From: Paraspadella gotoi
Lineage: Eukaryota > Animalia > Chaetognatha
Direction of reading: 5' to 3'
Length of the DNA stretch: 64,000 nt
Assembly (NCBI GenBank): GCA_051294375.1
Contig: CM119265.1
Span: 19,643,642-19,707,641 of the forward strand
Each line of letters opens with the position of its first letter. The stretch's first letter is position 1. Below the pieces are notes generated by a model that saw only the letters and a list, made by a program, of their open reading frames with translations, did no database searches and was not told the DNA's origin. Shown in pieces: positions 38,701 to 52,334 of this stretch. A program made the translations under genes and the position numbers.

Positions 38701-38887
38701 NNNNNNNNNNAAAGAGAGAGATTATTACGAAGGAAGAGGGGGAGAGGGGGGATGAGGGTGGGGGGGAAGAAGAGGAGGGGGAGTGAATGGGAAGGAGGCG
38801 GACCGCGGAGAAGATGGCGCGAGCGAATTGGAAGGAATTACATTTCGCTCTTCTTCTTGTTAAAAGTTCGTATGGGGCAACACTTAC

Positions 38888-38982
38888 CAACTACGCCACA
38901 TATAGGTCGACAGGGTTGAGGAGGACGAGGTACGAGAACGACGCATGACGACGACGGAAGAGACGACGACTATTATCACCGC
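38888..38982 (-). CDS. Candidate 95-bp exon (AVIIVVVSSVVVMRRSRTSSSSTLSTYMWRS), possibly with a start codon
   Basis: Minus strand catccTAG|gcggtg...cgtagttg|GTAAGTg; one open frame; ~550 bp downstream of the candidate promoter. Acceptor is weak. Confidence 0.2.
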
Positions 38983-39519
38983 CTAGGATGATCGTCAAAA
39001 TGGATCAGCCGGACATTGAGAGAAGTGGATTAAGAGTGTAGGGTCATCTTTTGACAAGAATAGAAGTGGGACCAATTGGGATCGATCGAATTCTGAGTTG
39101 GGCGAGAGAGGCTAAAGGGTTTCTTTTCTCTCTCTCTCTCTCGCTCTCGTCTCTCTCTCTTTCTCTCCTCTCTCTGTCTCTCTCTCCTAGTCCTTTCGGG
39201 TCATAGAATTAATTCTCGAATCTAAATCGGTCGCGAGACATTTTTGTTGTTGTTTGCAAAGTGATAAAACTCTTATTTCTTTCCCTCGAACTCCAGAGGT
39301 CAAAAGCAGTAAATTTGAAAAACAACAAAAAATAAAGAAAAAAAGAATAAAAAAAAAACAGAAAAAAAACGCCGGAAGAGGCCCAACACTTTCTTTACGC
39401 AAGGGGTAGGGGGCGTAGAAAGCAGCAGCAGCTACAGAAGCGGGAGCGACGGCGGCAGCAGCGGCGTAGTCTGCAGCATCGACGCCCTCGTAGCGGGAGG
39501 GTTCGAATTTTTCAGTCAG

Positions 39520-39662
39520 TCGTGACGTCAATCACCCACGCCCCGCCGCCCCGCCGCCTCGCCGCCGCCTCGCCGCCGCCTCGCCGCCTTCCAGCTGTTC
39601 CGGCGAACAATCGCTCCGCCTACGAACAGTTGCTGGACTTCTGAACAGTTGCTGATTGGCGC
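39520..39662. promoter_or_regulatory. Candidate Pol II promoter: CRE + GC boxes + CCAAT box
   Basis: TGACGTCA 39523-39530, cacgccccgccgccccgcc from 39537, (cgccgcctcgc)x3, gaacagttgctg twice (39624, 39643), ctgattggc (= gCCAATcag) 39652-39660, all within 140 bp. Confidence 0.4.
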
Positions 39663-40131
39663 AGAAACTGGATGTCGACGTCTTGCTTGCCTTTCACGGT
39701 CACGAGAGAAAGAGAGACGAACTTACATGCCTCCCAATGTCCTTGTGATATCTACAGTTAAAAGACAGACAACTGATCTGTCGGCCACAAAGATCACAAT
39801 TTTGAAAGCTTATGGAACGTTAAAATCCTGAAGTTTAAACTGAACTGAAGCGAAATTTACAAAGACTAAGAATCTTGATTTATTGATCTTGTCGGGCGAA
39901 GCAACGAAGTCGCCCTTCGGCCCTCAACGTTTCTCCTCCTACCAATCTCATTCTAGTCTCTTCCCCTCCCTTTCACTCCTCCTCTCCTCTCTCTCCTCTT
40001 CCCCTCTCTTTCCTCCGTCGACCTCGACGCCTCCACCTCTCTTTCTTCCTCACTCACTTCTCTTCTCTCTCGCCCCCATTCGGTCGCTTAATTGAAAATC
40101 AACGCCATCTCTTCTTATTATTTTTCTTTAT

Positions 40132-40170
<39 letters not shown>

Positions 40171-40639
40171 TAACCGAGGAGAAGTTCGGGCGAACGCCTG
40201 AGAGAAACTGACCGACCGACTGACGTAATAGTATTTTATTCGTCCATATACTACGCAACTAATTGAATTATTGATTCGAGTTTCGATATGGTAAATTAAT
40301 TTGATTTTTGCATTTTTTTATGCCTATGACTTAGTTGACGATGGCGTAAGCGTCAGAATTAAATTTGATTTGGTCGCGCTAGCACTAGCAATCTTAATGT
40401 AATATTTTTTTAATCTCCGATTCAGGCAATGAATTATTTATGATCGGTTATTTCCTCAGAATCGCCTTATTTTTCAGAAAATTCTCAAAAAAAAAAAAAA
40501 ATAGACTGATCGGATTTTTCCTCATCTTCGGAAGCTTTCGCTCCGCCGTGCGGGCTTCTGCGCTTGCTATCCTTGCTACTGCCAGATATTTCTACTCCAC
40601 CCGATTCAGCTACTGGTCTCTGCTTTTCGTCTTCGTTTC

Positions 40640-40681
<42 letters not shown>

Positions 40682-41559
40682 GTCTCTCTCTCTCTCTCTC
40701 TCTCGACTCCCGGCCAGGGGCGCCGCCTCAGGCCGGCCCGCCACCGCGGGGGTGCGACCTTCTTGTGAGAACCTGGGAGCTAGAAGACTCAGAAAGGAGA
40801 AGGGCGGAGAGTTTGGAAGTGGGTGAGAATAGAGAAAGAGGCGTGACTGGGACTGATGAGAGGCAAAGGTGGAGTAATCGGAAGAATTAATAGATATTTC
40901 AGATCAACCGCCAGGCACCTTCAGGCTGGATGGGATGACTGGGGAAGGAAGTCAAGAAAACGATGGACAAAGTAAGAAAAGAGCCGTTGCCATGCGTCCC
41001 CGTCAATCCTCTCTCTCTCTTATATATTATAATATATCTATATTTACCTGTAGGGGGCGGAAAACCCAAATGACGAAGACGGAACGCTAAGAACGACGAC
41101 AAACCACGACGGTACCTTACCATTCACCACTAGTGGAATCTCACCACTCAACCATTTAGCTGGATTGAAGTTTTCTTACCCACGTAACCGTTCTATACTA
41201 CTGTTGAGCGTTACAAACGCTAATTCTATAAATTATTTGTTTATTGGTCATAATCTTCCATTGGTTATCGATTTTTACTTTATGGTTTTGCATGGTTGTT
41301 GACCATTACATGTAAATTATTTGATTCCGCGAAACGTCTATCTTATTTCTGCCTAAAAAATATTTGAGAGTCGCCACAAATTGGTTGATACCCGACGACG
41401 TAAAGATTTTAAAACCCCATTCTCAAATTGTTTTTTTCTCTCGAACTTGTAAAACTAAATAAATGTAAAACTGCCGCAAACCAAATGGCAAGATTCGAGA
41501 AAATTCCGACAGCGCCAACCTTGTAACCTCCCGAAGAGAGATCGGCGCCACTTTTTATT

Positions 41560-42985
41560 TCCACGAGGGCCGAGGCGTTGCTACCCAACTCGGCCAGAGT
41601 CGGAGGCGCCGCTCTCGTAGCCTGTCCTCGTCACGCAGGTCCGCCCGTTGGATCCCTCAATCTCCCGGTTTGAACATTTTCGCGATGAATTCGCGCCGTG
41701 AGATGATTGCGGACGGTTCAGCCTTGCCGTAAGTGAGGCCGTCGGACACCCCCAAACTCTCCGAGTCGACCAAGCTCTAACGGCGGTGCAGGACTCTTTT
41801 GAAACCAGCCGTGGCGCCGTGGGTCCCGCGGCCCAACGACGACGACCAGTGCTTCGACTTCGGGTAACGGCCCGGCCGATCGCCGAGAACAGCAGGCCTG
41901 ATTCGGCGTATCGGACCGATTCGTTCGCCACTGATCAAGCGTCCGCATCAGCAAGCCGAAGCCCGTCGTCCGTGCCTAATAGAGACGGTCTCTGTCGATA
42001 TCATCACTCCTCGCCGTCTTGGCCCTCGATGCTAACCCTTCGTACTCCGTCCGCCCACTTCTCGACCAAATCCAAGCCTGTAGAACGCGCCGCCGTCAAC
42101 TTCGGTCTTGAGACGTACGCAACTGAAATGAAGATCTGTCTTCACCCCCGCCGCGCGCGCACTCCTCTCCAGTTCTCCCCGACGCGGGGCATCCACCTCC
42201 TTTTATGCCGGCTGCCCCGCCGCAGCAGCCGCGTCCGCGGCCCCCGAAAACTGCGCTGCCGCTTTACTTGATCCTAAAAACATGAAGCTGTGGGTGGCCG
42301 CGGTGGATACAGCATTCTTACCGTGGCTGATGTGGTAGATGATGCCCTCAAAGCGACCAGCCACGTGTTCGCCGCATTCCTCCAGAACATCAACCGCTAT
42401 TTCAGGATTTTTACGGACCTGGTCGCTGTCCTTCCTACAGCGATGTTTGTCAACGCCTCCTTTCTCTCTTTGACGAGAAGCCGCGTCAGCGAGCTGCGGG
42501 GATGTTGAACCAATGTCACGCTCGCCGGCCGAACCCCATCACAACTGGCGGACAATCATTGCGGCCGTCCTTCTCAGATCTCGACATTCGCGTAATCTTT
42601 AAGAGATGCTCCGCACAAGCACTTCCAACCACGTCCGTAGCATAGCGTTTAACAGATTCCAACTTCTCTTGAGCAAGCGGCACAAGCGGCGGACAGCCTT
42701 CTACGATAACCGAGCGCAACCTGCATAGTTAAGGCCCCGACAGTAAACAGTGCAGTCAACGGCATATCTGAGGACTACTCCCACATTGAATGAGACAGTT
42801 CCTTCTTACGCGGAAGTCTGCGCCGTCGGCATGGCGCGCAACCATGGAAACGCGTCGATCGGCGGAAGCCACACGCCCACGTCCAGCCTTGGTCGAAACT
42901 CATCCTCAGAGGCGACGGACGTGCAAGGCGCCACATATATATATATATATATATAATATAATAATAATATCTATATATATATAAT
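41560..42985 (+). mobile_element. Possible decayed non-LTR retrotransposon (RTE-like) with TA/TAA tail
   Basis: 1.4-kb microsatellite-free GC-rich island ending abruptly in (TA)n/(TAA)n at 42935-42985. Fragmentary translations LLDQI|VERAAVNFGLETYATEMKIC (cf. L..LL..L...A...GL.IN..KTK.M) and KLWVAAVDTAFL (cf. K..LY...V...LLY). No YADD motif seen. Confidence 0.3.
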
Positions 42986-43402
42986 ACTGGTCTGTACCAG
43001 CTTCAGAAATCAGCATTTATTGCCAATTTATCGTTAATATATATCTATAGTTGCTTTTACATTATGTATTTTCCAAAACAACAAATGTAAATTCTTCCCC
43101 TAAGAAATCTTCGGGGTTCATTGACTACCACCACCACCACCACCACCACCACCACCGCCGTCGCCGTTACCCACTTTAAGAGCTTAGTCGGGTAGATGAC
43201 GGAAAAACTCGAGCGGGCCTGATCCTCTGCCAGAATCCCTAGCCCACCTCTTTAACCCCCAAACCACCCCTATCGACCGACGCCCAATCCAAACTCGATC
43301 GAGATAAGATCCAAACAAGAAAAACCGCGGGGAAAACAAAAAGTAAACATTTTGTTTTTGTTTTGTTTGGTATCAACGCTGCCGGCGAGCGAAGACATGA
43401 AT

Positions 43403-43434
<32 letters not shown>

Positions 43435-43663
43435 TGGCGAAAAAGGTCTCCCGGAAATCATCAACGATAATGTTTACGCTTCATAGAATGCGGATTTCAG
43501 GTCAAAAGAGCAAATTCTTTTATTTAGCTAAATGTAAATAATGCTCTTTAAAATAATTTACTTTTTAAATTAAATTAAAGTTTTAAAGATAGAAAATGAT
43601 AAGAAATATTTCGCGCTCATATTCTATTTCATTTGGTTTAGTTTGTGAAATGTAAATAAATTT

Positions 43664-43763
<100 letters not shown>

Positions 43764-46447
43764 AGTCTCTTCTCTCTTTTACGCTCTCTCTTAAACGTAT
43801 TCATCCAGCTTTTAATTAATCCCGATATGAACCAAAGCGAGAAATGAAAAAAATGGAAACGAAGAGAGAAAAAAGAATAAAAGCGATGGAAAATAATAAG
43901 AGAAATAATGAAAATGCCGTAGAAATAAAAAGAAATAGAAATAGAATGAAAAGATAATGAAAAAAAATAAATTATTTTGAGAAATGATGACGGGGCCGTT
44001 AAATATTGAAAAAAGTGGGGAAAATATTTGCTAACAATTTGTCACAAATGTAAAAAAACAAAACGCAGGGTCGATGAAAACGATTTAAAAACTAAAATGA
44101 GAATAAATTACTGTAAGAATAATAATAAAAATAAAAACCAATGTCCGTTCGAATGACCGAAAGACTTTAACAGAAAAGGAAAGAAAAAAATAGTTTAAAA
44201 AATGGGAAAAAAGAGAAAAGAGAAGAAAGAGAAAGAGAAAAAGAGAGAAAGAGAAAATGGAGAGAAAGAACGTCCCAAATATTCTTCCCTTGGGAAAGAT
44301 AAAAGAGGACGTGATTTTCTTTCAAACCAACTTTTTTTTTTCTTTCCATTNNNNNNNNNNNNNNNNNNNNNNNNNNNNNNNNNNNNNNNNNNNNNNNNNN
44401 NNNNNNNNNNNNNNNNNNNNNNNNNNNNNNNNNNNNNNNNNNNNNNNNNNNNNNNNNNNNNNNNNNNNNNNNNNNNNNNNNNNNNNNNNNNNNNNNNNNN
44501 NNNNNNNNNNNNNNNNNNNNNNNNNNNNNNNNNNNNNNNNNNNNNNNNNNNNNNNNNNNNNNNNNNNNNNNNNNNNNNNNNNNNNNNNNNNNNNNNNNNN
44601 NNNNNNNNNNNNNNNNNNNNNNNNNNNNNNNNNNNNNNNNNNNNNNNNNNNNNNNNNNNNNNNNNNNNNNNNNNNNNNNNNNNNNNNNNNNNNNNNNNNN
44701 NNNNNNNNNNNNNNNNNNNTTTTTTTTCTCCCACTTTTCGACCATCTTTCTTTTTTTTTCATCCATTTTTTTCCTTTCTCTTTATAGTTTTCACGTTCCA
44801 AGCTTTTGTCTCTTTTATGGCTTTTTTATTCTAACTACGCAGCGTCAAATTGAAAGACGTAATTAAGACAAAGTGGTGCGCGAGCGACGGCGGCTTCGGA
44901 CGAGCGAGTTTGAAAGAATGCCAAATGCAAAAACGAAATCGCTTTTGACTGGACGATGACTCCACATCGCGGGAACACGGGCCAAAAAAGGCAGGAGGGC
45001 GGATCGGAGCTATCTTTTCTACGGTGGGAAAATGAGCTGAGAATGAGCACGTATATTGGGTGCATTAATGTACATTGTACAAGTACGTCACAAATTAAAA
45101 AGTATAATTCAAAGTAAAAGACCGAAGCCCTTATTGCGCCAATCCAGTCAATCTCTGGTTCGAAACAAAGAAAGGCTCGTTACCTTCATATACTTTTTTA
45201 CAATGTTTACGCAAAATTTTTGACTGGGCAGTCAAATCGGTCGATAGATTTTAAAATTTTCATGGCCGCACGAAGACTTTCCAAAATAAATCCATCGGTG
45301 AGCCTTTTTTATGCAGTAGAGGAAAGTAAAAAGAATCGAATTGAATCACTTTCACGACGAACATTTTCTCCGTGCGCGCATTTATCACAGATCCGCGCGC
45401 AAATTCGTCCGAGAGGAACGAACGGAACTTAATGCTTATATCTCTCCACGTACAAACACGCGCGTTCGGACAGAAGCGAGAATACGTCTGTGCGGGCGAA
45501 ATGAAAACGAATGCGAGGGAAGATGGGGGAAGCGGGCTCTATCCGTTGATGGCAACTNNNNNNNNNNNNNNNNNNNNNNNNNNNNNNNNNNNNNNNNNNN
45601 NNNNNNNNNNNNNNNNNNNNNNNNNNNNNNNNNNNNNNNNNNNNNNNNNNNNNNNNNNNNNNNNNNNNNNNNNNNNNNNNNNNNNNNNNNNNNNNNNNNN
45701 NNNNNNNNNNNNNNNNNNNNNNNNNNNNNNNNNNNNNNNNNNNNNNNNNNNNNNNNNNNNNNNNNNNNNNTTTTCCCTCCCTTATAAAATTGTCTCGTCG
45801 CCGGATAACTAAAATAACTAAAATCCTCTAGCTCCCCAATCAACAGCTCCAGCACCCGCTCCACATCACNNNNNNNNNNNNNNNNNNNNNNNNNNNNNNN
45901 NNNNNNNNNNNNNNNNNNNNNNNNNNNNNNNNNNNNNNNNNNNNNNNNNNNNNNNNNNNNNNNNNNNNNNNNNNNNNNNNNNNNNNNNNNNNNNNNNNNN
46001 NNNNNNNNNNNNNNNNNNNNNNNNNNNNNNNNNNNNNNNNNNNNNNNNNNNNNNNNNNNNNNNNNNNNNNNNNNNNNNNNNNNNNNNNNNNNNNNNNNNN
46101 NNTCTCATTTATCCATTTATCCTTTTATCCATTTTTCCATTTATCTTTTTCACATTTCAACTCTCCGCGCGTCCGCTGCTCATTACAGCTTACGCTTATG
46201 ATTCTTAACTGTTCTGTCTCCATTTCCGTCTTCACTCTTCTCTTTTTAATATATTTTATTTATTTACATTTAGTACAATATTATGTTTCTATTTTCTTGG
46301 CCGAAAGATGTTTTTCACCTTTTCTTTCTTCTCCTTCGAAAGTTAGGAATTATATTTTCTCTTTCCCATTTCGGTCTTAGAGGAGAGAGGAGAGAAACAA
46401 AGTAATGAATATCGATTACAGAAAACTACTATTTGAAGAGAATTGAA

Positions 46448-46523
46448 AAGAAAGGAAAGGAAAGGAAAGGAGAGGAAAGGAAAGGAAAGGAAAGGAAAGG
46501 AAAGGAAAGGAAAGGAAAGGAAA
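46448..46523. repeat. (GGAAA)n pentanucleotide repeat
   Basis: Visible run. Confidence 0.9.
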
Positions 46524-46859
46524 AGAAAATAAAGGCAAGAAAAAACTAAACGAAGTAAAGAGAGAAAAATAGCAAAAAAATAAGTGCGCATTGTTATTGT
46601 TATGACGAGAAAATAGATTATTAGAGAGAGAAAGTTTAATGATTTCTCATCTCGCGCGAAACATTTTCCCTCTTTTTTTTTCACTGCGAAACGCGTCGAG
46701 GTCGGAACTTCCTTTTGTCTTATTTATTCCCGTCCGTCCCTATCCGTTTATGCGTCCGTCTGTCTGTCTTTCGTCGACTCATTTTTTCTCCTTTACTCGG
46801 CCTCTCGCTCTTCTCGACTCTTGTTTCATGTTCTAACCCTCGATCGGCGCAAAGCCGCC

Positions 46860-47065
46860 GGGTACGATAAAAACCCCCCTTTTCCCGCACGGCCCCCCTT
46901 TCCCCCACTCCATCCCATCTTTCACCACCCCTTCTTCCACTCACAACCCCCTCTCCGATCCATCCCCAACTATCTTCTCCGCCGTCGGCGAATTTCATCT
47001 TTGTTTTTATTAATTCGATCTCAGCCTAGGACGATAATTTAGTCCTTGCTGAACTTCATTTTCAA

Positions 47066-47152
<87 letters not shown>

Positions 47153-47251
47153 CTCTCTCTTTCTCTCTCTTTTCATTTAGTTTTCCTCCTTATTTCTTAT
47201 CTGCCTCAGGAACCCAAGGTCTAATTTCAACTTCCTCTGCTCTCTTCTCTC

Positions 47252-47304
<53 letters not shown>

Positions 47305-48157
47305 CTCTCTCTTCTCTCTCTCTCTCCTCTCTCTCTTCCAAATCAAGCTGCGCTAATGTGCATCCCTCGAATTTTTTTTCTGTGATGTTGATCGAGAAAT
47401 CCTGACCCAATCAGAAGCGATCGAGTTTCCTTCGGATCTCGGTTTTTCTCACACCCTTTAGTGATTCACTCTCACACGTGACTCTGCCCTCACAATCCGC
47501 GTTCTTCGTTGTGCGCGCAACCTCGAAGTCATCGAGATTCCTTCCGTATACAAACATGACTAAACACTTTCTGGCTTTTGTGATCATTTGGTAACTGAGT
47601 GAATTTTTTTTCACTTTCACCTTTTCTTTTTCTTCGATGTCTATTGAAAATGCATCAGAAAATATTATTTTGATAAGTTACAATAATGAGTTAAGCATGA
47701 AAATTACTTTTTTTCCTTCCCATTTCACGTTTTACTTCATTATTCTTCTTACACTCCACCACATCTTTTCCAACTCCACCTTCTTCTCCACCACCCCAGG
47801 TCCACCCCTCTGTCCACCTCTTCCTTCACCACCCCTCTGTCAATCTCCTCTTTCCCCCAGCCACCCTTCATTCGTCCACAAAGACGCCTTTCAGAGCTTC
47901 GCCCACCGGCGCGCTCCAAACTCTTCGTCGGATTTCGTCTTCCTCGAGGGCCTAAAAGATCGAATCGTCGAAAAGGTTTTATTGTTTGCGGCAGCGATGC
48001 GGCGTCGAAAAGAGGCGATGCAGCATTTAGTTTCGCAGCGGGGCGCAGCGTGGGCAGCGGGCGCAGCGGGGCGCGCAGGGTGCATTTGCGGCTGCTCATT
48101 CGTCGGAAAAGTGATGGGAAGGAAATCTGACTCGCGGAATTTACACGTTGCCACCAA

Positions 48158-48220
<63 letters not shown>

Positions 48221-48934
48221 GTCGTTCTCTCTGCTCCTAACCTTCACACCCCAGCCACCCATATTGATCATCTTTTGATCTTCTATATCTCCCCTCGTTC
48301 TTTCCTCTCTTTTCCCAAAATTGATCCGCAAAAATTTTTTCGCTACAGAAAATAAATAAGTTTAATCATCCTCAGTAATTCGCAACTTTAACATTTATTG
48401 CCTTTTCCTTTTCTTCGCTTATACAAAACTTTCAAGTTTGTTTACTAAAACTCGAAATTTTTAAAATGAGTAATTTTGATATAAAGTGTCTTAATTTGCG
48501 ATTAATTTTTCTTTCATCAGATTTCGTGAACTGATGAAACAAAGAAAACAAAGTTACAAACAAACAAGCAAAATAAATTGTGAATTAAAAAAGAAAAATT
48601 AAAACAAAAAAGTGAAAAAAATACATAATGATCATGAAATGCTGGAGACCGTGTATCATCAAAAAACATTTGTACAAATTTCGTTTAACGAAATATAAAT
48701 GGAAACAAACATTGTTTGGTTCTTGATTCACGTAAGGCGTCTCAACCTGATTCAATGACGTATTTATTCGCCATGATCACAAAAAGTCTTGGTTTCACGT
48801 GAGTTTGTATAAAATCAATGATTATGAATTTAATCTGTTCGTTGTCTAAAAGTTCGCCGCAGCCATCTTGAAATTCGACAACAATAACAACAACGAATTT
48901 CCCCACCAAACGCGAGTGAATATCGTTTCGTTAA

Positions 48935-48971
<37 letters not shown>

Positions 48972-49362
48972 GATTTTCAATCCATTCGCCGCCGTCGTCT
49001 GTGAAATTGAGTCGGACTCAATTTTCCGAATGGTGGACGTCGTAGTCGTTTACGCCGTCGTCATCGTCGTCATCGTCGTCGTCGATGTCGTTCTCCCATT
49101 TATCGTCATCGTCGTCGTTTTTGTCATTCTCTATCGTTGTCGTCAAAATCGTCGTCGTCATCATCGATCTTCCATATTTGATTGTTATTGTGGTTTTCCT
49201 CGACGTCGTTGTTCTCCCATTGTTGATCCTCATAACCCTAATGATTGTTATTTATCTATTTTTGATTGTTGTTGTCGTCATCATCATCGTTCTCCCATTG
49301 TTGATCGTCCTCGTGGTCGTCGTCGTCGTCGTTGTCGTCCTCACTTTTTTTGATCTTCATAC

Positions 49363-49400
<38 letters not shown>

Positions 49401-50928
49401 ATCGGCGAATCGTGAAAAATCGGAGGCGGTCACCGAAAAAAGCTCCATCATCGGAAAAAGAATCACGTGAAAGAATCAAAGCCGACGAGGGAGGGTGAGG
49501 TTGGGTGAGGAAAAGGTAAGGAAGGAAGGGTGGGTGGGGGGAGATCGCAAAGGGGGGCGAATGAGGGAAGGAGTAAGTTTTGATGCGGGGGCGGGGAAGT
49601 AGGGCGTATCATGGAACCAAAAGGATATGAAAATCAAGGTTTAAGAATGACGACAAGTGAATTCGGAATTGAATTCGTGAATTAATTGTGAATTGTGAAT
49701 TCGGAATTAATGATCGAAGGTTTAATATAAGAGAAAAGGAATTCATTTTTATTGGCAATCCAACACAATCTTCCCTTCAAATGCCATCTGATTTTCTCGT
49801 TAAAAAAGAAAGACGGAAAGAATATAGCGAAGAAAAAAAACAAAACATTGATTTACTTCCGGAAAAAATGAATCCCGTTTATTTACTCGACTCCGTTCCT
49901 TACCCATCATTACTCATTCTCCGGTTCCCTTACCTCCGCCGCGCCCGCAATAACCCGGTTAAGTCGCCGCTCTTAGAGCCGATCGGGGGTGGAGGGCGGA
50001 GGGCGGGGGGCGAGTGGGTGGAACTGTATATGTATATATTTTCCGTCTTCGTTGTCAACTTAATCATCCGGAGTTTTTTTTAAGATAACTTGGCGGTCGT
50101 GGAGAGGGAAGATAGAAGGAAGAGAATGATAAAAAAACAAGGAAGATTTTTTTGTTGGAACTGATTTACTGATTTACTGATTTAATGATTTACTTTATAT
50201 CATTGTCAGTTGTATATTCTTCACTTTTGCCACTTTATTTTTCTAAATGGAAATCGCTTTCAATTTCTTTTCTCATTGAAAAATTTTCGTCAAACAGACA
50301 CTACTTCTTCCATGTATATAACAGACAGACGGACCGACCGAAAAGCGTCGTATCAAGTCACGGAAAACGTCTTTTTATTTTTCTTCTCTTCTTCTTATTT
50401 TTCCACGAACCTCTTCCTTTCTTTCTCTCCTTCTTTATTTCCTTCTTCCCGTCTTCGAAGTAATTGGGAAACTTCGCTCCGAGGCTTTCTCTCTTCTCCA
50501 TTCTCTCCTCTCGTCGAAGTCAGACCTAACTCCTGGTCGGGATGATGGTGATTGATGATCGCCGCGTCGATGTCAGGAAAAGTAGGAGGGGGAGTAGGAG
50601 GAGAAGGTGGAGGAAGAGGAGGTGAGGCTCGCCACGGCGAGAGAGAGAGCCAAACAAAAGAAAAGTGAAGGCGCCGCTGAGATCAACGATTCACTTCATC
50701 AACTTATCTTTTCTTCTCGCGTTTCCTTCGTTAGACAGAGACTTACTTTTCTGAAATTGGCCCTCGATTTGGGTAAGGCTGTTTTAATTTTTTGCACTCG
50801 TCGGGGGGCAGGGTTGTAGTTCCGCCAGTCAATCATATTCGATTGAAATTTGAATAGAAAAGAAACGTTAATAAAAACGTTGATAAGAAAACTATAACAA
50901 GTTTTAATGATCAGAATCAGTCTAAAAA
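46860..50928 (+). repeat. Segment A, copy 1 of a ~4.1-kb direct duplication
   Basis: Colinear with 55195-59772 from ccccttttcccgcacg to gatcagaatcagtctaaaa. Confidence 0.95.
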
Positions 50929-50930
50929 CC

Positions 50931-51064
50931 GGGTTAGGCAAGGGATTTCGCCTAGGTTTAGGATTAAAGTAAAGGTTAGATATTAGGAGTTTAGGGTTAG
51001 GGGAACAAAAACAAATAAGGTTAGTGATTTTGTACAGAGGATTATAAGGTTAGGATTAGAGTTA
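50931..51064 (+). repeat. Degenerate GGTTAG/TTAGG(G)-like tract
   Basis: gggttagg, ggtttaggatta, ggttaga, tttagggttaggg, ggttagt, ggttaggattagagtta. Confidence 0.55.
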
Positions 51065-52334
51065 AACTTTGATAGAAATTAAGCTTAGTGCAAATATTGA
51101 AACCGTTGTCACTACTAAGAACTCAACTGGTTTTTCATTTGACAGCGAAAATTTAAAGTGTGGCGTATATTTACCGCCTCACGTCACCATCGTCAGCATC
51201 CTTGTCAGAGGGGAACACACCATCACAGGGCGTAGTGTTCTCCATCAACAGGCTACGACGTCCCTCTTCGTTGGCAAAGCGAGACCGTCCTTAGGGTAAC
51301 GCGCCAGTGACTGGACGGTCACTGAGGGTCGGAAGCGCCAAAGCCAGTGAGCATTTCCCATCCCAATGGGCATCCAGGCACCGGCTTTGCCAATAAAGTC
51401 ACTTAATTTTTCCTCTGAGAATTTACTCGTTACTTTTGTGGATTAATTGCTGCGATGACTTGAGAGAGGAGGCAAAAAAACTGAGGAAGAGAATGGGGAA
51501 AAATTGTAAGGAGAAGGAAGAGTAAGGGGGGCTGAGGGGCAAGGGGGGAACAGGGACGGGGTAAAGGACAAGCGGGTAAAAAAGCCTGACCCGAGAATGT
51601 TCAGCGCAAATGTTGAGAAAAAATGTCAGAAAGTGAGCGAATTTTTAGCTACTCTCTCTCTTCTTCTCTCTCATCTCTCTCTCTTCTCTCTCACCTCTCC
51701 ACTCATCTGCTCCTCGGTAGTTAAAGGGAGGTTTTAAGTTTTAGTGGCAAAAGTAAAAGGGAATTTGAAACTTGCCCGGGAATTAAGAAAAAAAGCGTGG
51801 CGTTGAATGTTAGCGTTTTAATTCACTTTTTACTTCTAGTTTGTAAATGTTTTTAAAATCGCCTACAATCGGTTAAAAATGTAATAATAACTCCCAAAAA
51901 TATCATGTTCATTATTTGAGCTTTTTTTTTTGTTCGGTGTTTCAAATCTCAGTAAATTTAGAAGATTCATGGGTCCATTAAAAACGCTATTCATTTTAGA
52001 CGCCATTCCAAACAACACGTCGTGCGAGACCAACTCATAAATCAAAATCGTTTTCAACCAAAAACAAAAAGTCACTATAAATTTGTTCTAAAATTTTTTT
52101 TTTCTTATATTGGTTTCAAAAAAAAAAGAGAGAAAATTGTTTGGAATTCGAAAAAATAAACACAACCGACGTCGATGAAAAACAAGGGTTCGATTTTAAC
52201 AGACGCCCGCTTTAAAAAAAAAAATTGAATGGTGGATTCCAATGTGTTGCGCCGTAGTGACTTTATTTTAACATATATATTCCTTTGATCATATGATTAT
52301 GACATGGACGACGACATGAGTAAAAAACTTTCTT

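Noticed and set aside
42878-42923. Hammerhead ribozyme (minus strand CUGAGGA after a stem)
   Set aside because: No stem II-GAAA-stem III-UH follows on the same strand; only 13 nt lie before the closing stem.
48512-48539. Hairpin tttcatcag-atttcgtgaa-ctgatgaaa
   Set aside because: A 9-bp AT-rich stem is expected by chance, it is not preserved in the duplicate copy, and there is no RNA-family context.
49085-49498. Apparent multi-pass membrane protein ORF (V/I-rich)
   Set aside because: Product of GTC/GTT/ATC triplet repeats and a degenerate tandem repeat; the frame is not kept in the duplicate copy.
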